From: Felis catus
Lineage: Eukaryota
Length of the DNA stretch: 64,000 bases
Assembly (NCBI RefSeq): GCF_018350175.1
Contig: NC_058372.1
Span: 40,982,001 to 41,046,000 of the forward strand
Direction: 5' to 3'
Shown here: piece by piece, positions 1-9,290 of the stretch
How the letters are laid out: each line of letters starts with the position of its first letter
Numbering within the stretch: position 1 is the stretch's first letter
Made by a program: the position numbers and the translations under genes
Notes under the pieces: model-generated
Databases searched by the model: none
What the model was told of the DNA's origin: nothing
The model's input: only the letters and a program-made list of their open reading frames with translations

Positions 1-350
1 TGGGATCACAGACATGGAAGGGACCACCCTGGGGCTGACTGCTTTCCTATGTTGTTGGTTCCCAAAGCTAGGAGGAAGCAGGGAGCAGTGCCCTAAGCAT
101 GGCTCCCCCGACACCTATTTATTTCCCTTGTGCTGATGCTGGGCAGGCCCCCACTTGTCCCTTTCAGACACCCTGAAGGGGCAAGGGGCTGAAGAGGGCC
201 AGACCCAGGTTCCAGGGGCACAGGCAGTGCAGCTTTTGGCTGTGTACATAGGGTGCTTTATTCTCCACAGTGATACATGCTAAGATGGGTTGGGCTTGGG
301 CCAATGTCCCCATATGTACAGAACTGAATAAAGTGGGTCTCTGAGAAGAA
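1..350 (+). other. PPP2R5D: Distal 3' UTR of PPP2R5D (inferred), with poly(A) signal AATAAA at 327-332
   Basis: AATAAA on the + strand at 327-332, preceded by UGUA elements and followed by GU-rich sequence. Identity is inferred from the known tail-to-tail arrangement of PPP2R5D and MEA1. No PPP2R5D coding sequence is in the window. Confidence 0.65.
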
Positions 351-477
351 GTCTGATTTGCCTTGATGTGGAAAGGGAGATGGAGAATATGAAGATGGAC
401 ATTACAACCAGGGATGTGTTCAGTCCTATGCTGGTTCTGGCCTGGAATGCAGGGAGATAAGGCAGCTCTCAGGGTAG

Positions 478-1395
478 TCACTTCCAGGCTGGGGTCGTCC
501 CCTGCCGGGCTTGGAGGGCCTTCTGTACCACATCTTCCCACTGGGCATCTGATATCTCCCGAGCCCAGGCAGGAACCCCTGGCGCAGGCAGGCTTACTCC
601 AGCCATTGTCCTTTTCACCAACTCCACATGTTCTGCAATCACAAAAAACAGGATAACAGAAACGATGGGACCAGCTCCACTCCCCATTCTTTGAATTAAC
701 CCATAACCCTTGGGCTACCAGGGAGGCCAAATCCATCTTGTTATTTCCAGGCAAGCCCACCTACAACCCAAGTCTAACACAATACTTTCACCTGGATTCT
801 GAAGTCTGTAAAATCTTAGATGACAAACTGTTGTTTTAGGAACGGGGTGTTCCTCTATGACTTCCCTTTCTTTACTGGTTCTGACCAGTCCCTTTCCTCC
901 AACATTATTCCAAAATGAAAGCATGCTCCCTTTACCCGGGTCCATGGGAATAGAGCTGTGGTTGCTCAATCCTGTGGCTCCTTCCTCCTCTTCATCCTCG
1001 CTCTCTAATGGCGGGTCTGGCAAATGAAGCCCCAGGGCCTAAAGAGCCAGAGAGAAGACAGTTCAGGTCCAGCACTTCAGGAATCCCGGCTTCACCTGGC
1101 CAGAACAGTGCCGCCTCCACCATACCTGGATCCGATCCTGAATATCAGCAACTACATCTTCTCCATCCCCCACCGGTGCCAGCTCCACCTCCTCTGGTTC
1201 AGGATCTTGGTTCAGGGGTTGGTAGGAGTAGCCAGCTGGGCCTGCCCCCGTTTCCTCCTGCTCTTCCTCAGGCTCCTCGCTGCTCCAATCCCCAGTGCCT
1301 TCCGTAGGGCCCTGGTGCGGCCCTAATTCCTCAGTCTGATTGGGGAAGATACGCTCGGGGCCCATGGTGTCTCTCCCTAGAACTACTGCTGCCAT
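478..1395 (-). CDS. MEA1: Male-enhanced antigen 1 (~175 aa from MAAVVLG)
   Basis: Coding exons 1395-1126, 1038-936 and 632-478, joined by GT-AG introns. Translation [23 protein letters not shown]...[23 protein letters not shown]...[55 protein letters not shown] matches MEA1. Minus-strand poly(A) signals at 257-262 and 118-123. Confidence 0.96.
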
Positions 1396-1699
1396 CCGGG
1401 CAGGGGCTGCAAGAACAGGGAGGGCGGGAGGGTAGGGATCGGATGAAATCAGGTCCACCTATAGCCACTCATCCAGTTCCTTGTCTCCTGCGTCCGCAAA
1501 CCATTTAACCGCTTCCAAGCTTCCTGCATCCCACCCTCTCCTGGGCACTCCACCATTTAAACCGACTCGTATTTGAACCGAGGCCCACCGAACTTGCTCT
1601 GCCAATTCTTAAATAACAGCCCAACCCGAGACCATACCACCTCCCAAAAGACACTCCGTCCAGAACCCCGCCCGCCCCTACTCCCCTACTTGGGAACTC

Positions 1700-2400
1700 C
1701 GGATCGCCAAACGAGCTCCCCTAGACAGGGCGTACCCGCCCCCTTCTTCCCTCTCCAAAGGGTTCCCCTCTGTACCGCCTGACAAATGCCCTTCAGGCCC
1801 CAGGGGCTCCCCTCAAATGGCCCCAGCAGCGGCGTCCGCCACCCGCCCCCACCGATTCTCGGCGCCGGTGTTTCCGCGCGCCTCACCCGCTCAGAGCCCG
1901 CGGCTGAACCCGCACCTCCACTTCCGGCGGAGCAGGACGTACCGGGGCGCCTGGTCCTCCAGCCCCTCCCCGTGTTCATGATTGACGCGAACGAGAGACA
2001 AGCCGTACGCCTCTTGCCCCGCCTCCGCCATCTCCTGCTCCGACAACAAAGGACTACATTACCCAGTGATGCCCAGGGTTTTTTGGGGGGTTTTTTTGAC
2101 ACATATATGCACAGGCGCACAACCTCCCTCGGCTCCTGGCCACTCCTCAGCCCCTCACGTCCCTCTGGAAACCCGTGGACTACAAGTCCCGGTAGGCTTC
2201 GGGCACTTAGCTCTGACTGCACGTGCGCACACGGCTGCCCGCCGGAAGGACCGAGTCTGGCTGTGTTTATCTCGTTGGGGAGCTAGCCGTCGGTTGGCGC
2301 GCAACGGGTTCTAGACTGCAGGCAGCGCGAGGATCCGCGGCCCCGCCCCGGCCCGGCCTGGCAGGTAGCCCGGGATGGGTTGAAGAACAAGGAAAATTGG
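1700..2400. promoter_or_regulatory. CpG-island bidirectional promoter of MEA1/KLHDC3
   Basis: CpG-rich. Two ZNF143/THAP11-type ACTACAnnnCCC motifs (2052-2073, 2179-2190). ETS/GABP motifs CACTTCCGG (1919-1927) and CCGGAAG (~2242). CACGTG (2220-2225) inside an NRF1-like TGCACGTGCGCA. Likely KLHDC3 non-coding exon 1 donor CAG|GTAGCC at 2364/2365. Confidence 0.85.
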
Positions 2401-4487
2401 AGGGGCTGGGGTCGCCCATACCTGGAGCTGGCGTCGTGGGGGAGGGGCCTGAGAGTGATGAGGTGGGGGTGGGGAGGGAACTAGGGGGATGATGGGAAAG
2501 GAGAGTGTTAATGGGGAAAGAAGGACTGGGGGAGGATGGTGAGGAAATGAGTGGGGGGGACCTGGTGGCTGGCAGAGGCACTGAAGGGAATTGGAAGGAA
2601 GACCGGGCTATGAGGAGAACGGGGAAGCTGAGGATAATGTAAAAAAAGGAGGGGAGGGTCTGGCATTGTGAGGGAGGGGAGTGTTGGGATGACTGGAAGA
2701 AGACAGGGATAGCGTCATAGGCAGGGAGGAATATCCCTGGCCGAAAGGGGTCAGTGAATATTCGCCTTTTTCCCCTTAGTGGAAGAGGGAAAATGGAGGG
2801 CTGTCGGGGTGGAGCTTGGTGCGGTGGGAGAAGGAAAAAGGAGAAAACTGCAAAGCTCACAGATCAAGAAGGGCCAGAAATGGGGAGTGGACATTGCAAG
2901 AGACCAGGGAGGGGGATAGGTACATGAAGGGTATGCAGGAAGCTTGAGAATGCAGCAATGATCCAGGAGACCCAGAGACAAATGGGGCCCCTGAGACAGT
3001 AGGGGCTTATCTCCATGAGTTTGAGTTGTCATTGTGAAGCAGCTAAGAATCTGTCCACTTTTGGATGGAATTGCTTCTCTCTTCCCCTGTGAATTTTTTA
3101 CCTTGACATAGCTGAAGGGGGGGAGTAGAAGTTATGAGGGAAGACAAAAGACTCACATTCTTAAACTGTTCAACCTCCTATCTGTCCCCACAAGTCCAGA
3201 TCCAAGATCTTTTGGATTGAGAACAGGAGTAATGAAGTGAGAGTGGTTTCCTGCCGGGGCTATTTCAGGTTTGGCAGGCTGGCTATTTAAAGCATGGGAT
3301 GGGGGGTTGAGGGAGGTTGAAGGGGGAGGGGGGCTGGCAAGCCAGCTGAAAACCGTGTCTCTTTCTTATGAGGGGCCTCCCTTACTTGCTTTCTCTATGC
3401 CTGAGGTTCTGCCAGGTTCTTCGCTCTGCCAGGGCTTCTTGAGCAGGGAGCAGATGATCCACTCAAACCCAGCAGGTGCCTGCCAACGAAGGCAATACCC
3501 ATTGGAGGAACATTTGTCTGACAGAGCCTTCAAATGTACCCATTATCACTAGGTTGGCAGGTCATGCTTGAGTCTATTTCTTGTCCTGCCCAAGGGCTCC
3601 CCCACACCCCACCCCTTCCTCTCTCTTTTCTAACACACACCCCTACCCCATTCCCCTTTCAGGGATCTAAGTGGGAGAAGAGCTGCTGAAACAGCTTGTT
3701 CTTTATTACAATAGCGGGGTTGGAGAAGTAGCAGGAGGGGAAAATTCCTCCTCTCCACCCCCACCCCCTCAGTCCCCAGCAGACACATACCTTTCTGGCT
3801 TAAGTTCCTAGTCTTGGCAGTATACCAGGCACAGCTGTTAAAGGAACTCCTCGTGCCTGTGAGGGGCCCTGGATGACCCTGATGACAACAGCTTAGCTTG
3901 ACGAGAGCTCCCTTTGAGGGGCTTACCATCCGTGGAGCCCCCTGTCCTGGATCATTCCTACCCTATCCACCCTGCCCTGGATGGGGGGACTGTTTCACTC
4001 CAAAAGCCAAAAGCTTTTCTCCTTTGAAGCACCCATGCCAGCTTTCAATGGACCGATTGGGGTTGGCTGCACTATTAATAGCCCTGAGTATTTTGAGATC
4101 CCTTTCCCCACCTTAAAGAGCACAGATTCTTAGAGAGGTGGCAGTAAGCGGAGCAGAGCCAGAGAGACAAGAGAATGCACTGCCCTGGGAAGGGCAGGCG
4201 GTGCTTGCAGCTTGTGCCAGGCCAGCGACACGGTGAAGCCTCCATGAGTAAGGGATGACCATGCTGAACCTTTGATCAGCAAATTCTGAGCTGTCAATCA
4301 GGTCAGAGCCGCCCCGCCCTTCACTGTGGGAGAACACAGGACCAGGGCTAGCTCCCTGACCTCTACCTGAGCTTTGGAAAGGGTGTGGGAGGGCCACCAG
4401 GGTGACGCTTGGAGGCAAGGGCTGGTCCTGGGCAGAGTCCTGGTGAGCCAGATAAAGACCTTGCCTGAGGAGCCCATGGCCATAACT

Positions 4488-4683
4488 NNNNNNNNNNNNN
4501 NNNNNNNNNNNNNNNNNNNNNNNNNNNNNNNNNNNNNNNNNNNNNNNNNNNNNNNNNNNNNNNNNNNNNNNNNNNNNNNNNNNNNNNNNNNNNNNNNNNN
4601 NNNNNNNNNNNNNNNNNNNNNNNNNNNNNNNNNNNNNNNNNNNNNNNNNNNNNNNNNNNNNNNNNNNNNNNNNNNNNNNNNNN
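4488..4683. other. Assembly gap (others at 14462-14614, 25201-25332, 51918-52065, 54020-54147)
   Basis: Runs of N. The first and third gaps hide coding sequence of KLHDC3 and CUL7. Confidence 0.99.
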
Positions 4684-7600
4684 GATTGATGTGCACATTT
4701 TCAACGCAGGTAAGCTAATGCTGGGACCATCCCTGGGTACCCATGTCAGGGAGGGGAACGGGCAGCTGAATGAGGTTTGGTGGCAGTCCCCATGGCCAAA
4801 GGGGATGGGGGAATGAATGTCTGGTTTGGGAAAAGGTGAACAGCCTGGAAGGAGGTTTCCAGGGCTGAGCAGAACTGTGCCCACAGTGTCCTTGCGTTGG
4901 ACAAAGCTGCCCCCAGTGAGGCCTGCCATCCGTGGGCAGGCTCCTGTGGTACCCTACATGCGGTATGGACACTCGACCGTCCTCATCGATGACATGGTCT
5001 TCCTTTGGGGCGGGCGGAATGACACCGAAGGAGCCTGCAATGTACTTTATGCCTTTGACGTCAGTGAGTATGGATCTCAGAGAGGCTCTGTTCTGCCAAA
5101 TGATGCCTCCGGGGAATGGGCTGGGAAAGGTGTGGGCTGAGGGCATTCTAGAGTCTAGGAGGGAGTGGTGTCAGAGGTTGCTTACTGACCCAGCCTCTCC
5201 TCTCTTTCAGATACTCACAAGTGGTCCACACCGCGAGTGTCAGGAACAGTTCCTGGGGCCCGGGATGGACATTCAGCTTGTGTCCTGGGCAAAACCATGT
5301 ACATTTTCGGGGGCTACGAGCAGCTGGTATGTCTGGGAGCAAACTAGAACTTTAGGGTGAGAATAAGAAAAAGGGAAATTAAGGGTGGTGGAATGGGAGG
5401 CTTTGGCTTGTTTGCGGGTTTTGACGGGAGAGGCCAAGAGTCAGAGGGTCACCACGGATATCCTCTTTGATTCCTTTCTTCACTTCCTTTCTCTTCCCAC
5501 TCAGGCGGACTGCTTTTCCAATGACATTCACAAGCTGGATACCAGTACCATGACATGGACCCTTATTTGTACAAAGGTCTGCCTTTTCTTCTTCCTCCCA
5601 GATCCTTACTTTCAATTGAAGAAATCATAGGAAGCTCAGTGAGAGCAGATCCCCTCCTAGCCTCCGTGCTGACTCCCACTCTTTTATCTCTCTGCTCCTG
5701 TCCAGGGCAACCCTGCACGCTGGAGGGACTTTCACTCAGCTACAATGCTGGGCAGTCACATGTATGTCTTTGGGGGCCGTGCCGACCGCTTTGGGCCATT
5801 CCATTCCAACAATGAGATTTACTGCAATCGCATCCGTGTCTTTGACACCAGGACTGAGGCCTGGCTGGACTGTCCACCCACTCCAGTGCTGCCTGAGGGC
5901 CGCCGGAGCCACTCAGCCTGTGAGTGTCTGTCGGTCTCTGTGGGGGTCCCCTTTCCCACCTGTTGCCCTCATGCTCTTCACGTTTCTCTTTCCTTCCAGT
6001 TGGTTATAATGGGGAGCTGTACATCTTTGGTGGCTATAATGCAAGGCTGAACCGGCATTTCCATGACCTCTGGAAGTTTAACCCTGGTACAGAGCGCTGC
6101 CTTTACATTTTTTTTTTTTTTTAATGTTTACTTATTTTTGAGAGAGAGAGAGACAGAGACAGAGTGTGAACTGGGGAGGGGCATAGAGAGAGGGAGACCC
6201 AGAATCTGAAGCAGGCTCCAGGCTCTGAGCTGTCAGCACAGACCCCAACGTGGGGCTAGAACTCACAAACCAAGAGATCATGACCTGAGCTGAAGTCAGA
6301 TGCTTAACCGACTGAGCCACCAGGCGCCCCCAGAGCACTGCCTTTAAGGGGAGAACAAGGAGCAATTGGGGGAGGGGAAAAATAATCCTAAGTAGGTGAG
6401 AGTGAGCATGGGGGTAGGGAGGATGTCTGGACTGGGCAGGTATTAAACCTCCATATAAACTTCTCTTCAGTGTCCTTTACCTGGAAAAAGATTGAACCGA
6501 AGGGGAAGGGGCCATGTCCCCGCCGGCGCCAGTGCTGCTGTATTGTTGGTGACAAGATTGTTCTCTTTGGGGGTACCAGGTTAGGAGGAAAGTGGGAGGG
6601 CTTGGGGAAGGGCCCCTGACTGCATGGGAGGCATTTGAGGAGGAGGGTCTCATGGGTAGTCTTTCCTCCTTCCTTAATCTCTTTTTTGATCCCTATAGTC
6701 CATCTCCTGAGGAAGGCCTGGGAGATGAATTTGACCTCATAGATCATTCTGATTTACACATTTTGGACTTTAGTAAGTACACATATTTCCAGATATGTGT
6801 CCCTGTCTTTGGGTGGTGACATTGAGGAGTGGACCCTTTCCTTGGTTCTGAGCGTATCCCTCTCTCTGACTTCTCCTTCAAAGGCCCTAGTCTGAAGACT
6901 CTGTGTAAACTGGCCGTGATTCAGTATAACCTGGACCAGTCGTGTTTGCCCCATGACATCAGGTACAGTGAGTGGTTGGAGAGGAGGAATTGGTTGAGAG
7001 TGTGTGATCAGATGAACTTGTTTCTCAGTATAGAGGGGACAGAAGTTTTTGTTCTGCTGGAGATGTAATGTACTTGAGAGTGAGAGCAAAGGAGATACAG
7101 GATTATCAGCTGGGTAAATCATATGAAGAAAAAAAAATCCGGTGTTTCAAACCAAGCTCAGAAGCATCACTTCCCGAGACCTGAGCCTGTATGGTTGTTT
7201 TTAACATGCTGAGAAAGTTCAATTAAATCTTTGAAGTTAGCTGCAAAGACAAGTATAGGAATCTTTGGATCACATTAGTTCCAGAGTTAAGGGAGGTCCT
7301 TCCTAGCTACTTCCCTTTGAATTCCATTCTTAGGTCCAAATCAAGCACCAAAAGTTATTTGGTGTATACTTGTGTCCTTCAGGGTCATTATGGACACTTC
7401 CCTCTCCTGTATCAGTTCAGTTTAACTCTTACTTGCCTGGGGGAGGGGGGGGTGGTGTTCAGTATTTGGTGACACGAAGTATACAAGGCTGAACTGATGG
7501 CTCATGGGCTTGCTCAGGATTGACACATGTGCAAGTATTTCAAACCAAGTAGACTGTAGTGAGGGTCTTGGCATAAAGGGGGTACTTGGTAAATCTTTGT

Positions 7601-8164
7601 AGGATGACAGAATTGTCAAAAAGAAAGGGAGAAAAAAGGGATTTAATTTTAATGTGGTGGGAGGGCTGGGGAAGTCTGTACAAGCCTAGGAGAGGGGAGT
7701 CAGGGCCTTTAAAGAGTTGGGAGTTGAGAGTAAAAACAGGCATTCCTGGTTGGATCTGAGCAAAGGGGGAAAGGTAGTGTGGGAAGTTTACTGAGGTGTG
7801 TATACAGATGATTTTTCCAGGATTTGGGCATAAGCACACATATATAAACATAGATAGGAAGTCTACATGAGCTGGCAGGTGGACGAGTGGGTGATACCAG
7901 ATTTGGTGGTGGGTGGGGCCATGATTGTTAACAAGCATGTCAAACAGTAAGGCTATAAGAAAGAGGTGGCTGTGGGTGGTTGAGCTTTAGGATGTTGAAG
8001 GGACTGGTGTGTTCATAGCTTTGTTTGAGCAATTCTGGGCTTGAGGGTGGAGGCTCCACTCTTCTGCCCTTTCTGCCTGTCATTGTTGGCCTTCCAGGTG
8101 GGAGCTGAATGCCATGACCACCAACAGCAATATCAGTCGCCCCATCGTCTCCTCCCATGGGTAG
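4684..8164 (+). CDS. KLHDC3: Kelch domain-containing protein 3 (CRL2 C-degron receptor); start codon hidden in N-gap 4488-4683
   Basis: Exons: (gap)-4709, 4887-5063, 5211-5326, 5505-5576, 5706-5919, 6000-6086, 6471-6579, 6699-6772, 6884-6962, 8098-8164. All introns are GT-AG and phase-consistent. Kelch repeats (RYGHS..WGG, RDGHS..FGG, RDFHS..FGG, RRSHS..FGG), BC-box-like SLKTLC, C-terminus ...RPIVSSHG*. ATTAAA at 8708-8713. Confidence 0.96.
6108..6330 (-). mobile_element. CAN-SINE (tRNA-derived)
   Basis: Reverse-complement GGGGCGCC head, (GA)n and poly-T. TSD CAGAGC(G/A)CTGCCTTTA at 6090-6105 and 6331-6346. Confidence 0.9.
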
Positions 8165-8869
8165 GAGAAAGTTGCTGCCGCCTCCCTTCCTGAGCCTGCT
8201 ATTATCTTCACTGCCCTTCCCCATCCCTCACCTGCCTGCCCCTTTGGTCCCTGGACTCGGTATACCTCTGCGTGGAGTTGTTGGACTAGAGGTGTTTCCT
8301 GTGCTGTGAACTCAGTGGGGAGCTGTAGGGGGGAGGGCTAGTTCCCTACCCCCTTGGGCCGAGGGCCCCTTCCCCTTGGTGCTCTGTCCCATACACCTCC
8401 TTCCAACTGCTCCTGGGCCTCTGCTCTGCCCCAGGCCAGCCAGGCTCTGTTGGGAAGTGAAGGGAATGGGGATTAGGGAGAAGCAAGCAGTGCCTGAGCC
8501 TCAGGAGCTTCCCCCACCCTTGTTTCCACCCCCTCCCCCTGCTTGAGTCAAGAGCATTGATTGGGAGCTGAGAGGAGTTGCAACTGTTGCCATGAAACCC
8601 TCATTCTCCCTGACCTGGGGAGGCGAGGACCAGCAGATAATCCCACCCTTCCCTGAGCTGTTGCTGTTCCCTGACGCTCCCAGCCAGCTCAGATTTTATA
8701 AAAATGGATTAAAAATCTCCAAACGTGTGATCTGTTTTTGTGGAATACGATGGGGGTGGATGGCAGAAGCTTGCGAAAGGACAGGGTGCTTCTCTGCCAG
8801 GTTCTGGCTTCTCTGCCAAGAGCAAAAGGAAACCAAATACCACCAAGGCCTGGCCCTGGCTTTTCTAGA

Positions 8870-9290
8870 GCGCGGGGTCCAGCGCCATGTGACCAAAAGG
8901 TGGCGACGGCATACCGAGTGCGTGCATCCCGCCGGAGTGTCCTGGCCACCACCGACTTGCGCAGACGCGTCTACCGGAGAAGCCGGAAGAGGCGGGGCGG
9001 GAGGCACGAGGGCGGAAGTGGCGCCGTTCGCTCCCGGCGCGTCCCACAAGCCAATGCCGAGAGAGAGTTCTCGTATCGCGGCGGCCCTCGGGTCTCCCCG
9101 CAGGGCCAGTAGAGGCGAGGAGGATGGCGAGGGCGTGGGGCCCGGGGTCCTGCGGAAGGGTGAGGGCCTCGTGCCGGGCCGAGGGGCAGCGCGGGGCGGG
9201 GAGAAGGGTAGGTGGCGGCGCAGTGACCGTGAAACTGCCTAGTTCTCTGTAAGAGGCCACCGCGGGGAGCGTCGCCGACGAAATGGGACA
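8870..9290 (+). promoter_or_regulatory. CpG-island promoter of RRP36, directly after the KLHDC3 poly(A) site
   Basis: CpG-rich. ETS/GABP motifs CCGGAAG (~8983) and GCGGAAGTG (~9012), a GC box, and a YY1-like CGCCAT (~8883). Confidence 0.75.

Noticed and set aside
164-760. 198-aa minus-strand ORF overlapping the MEA1 last exon and 3' UTR
   Set aside because: It starts inside an intron at a non-ATG codon in an alternative frame and has no recognisable homology.
4488-4683. Missing KLHDC3 start and partial CUL7 exon (25201-25332), suggesting pseudogenes
   Set aside because: Both coincide with N-gaps of suitable size, and all visible exons are intact.
6132-6365. Recurrent ORFs containing 'TSAQVMIS..SSSP..GSVLTAQSLEPASDSVSPSLS' throughout the window
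   Set aside because: These are translations of CAN-SINE copies, not a protein family.
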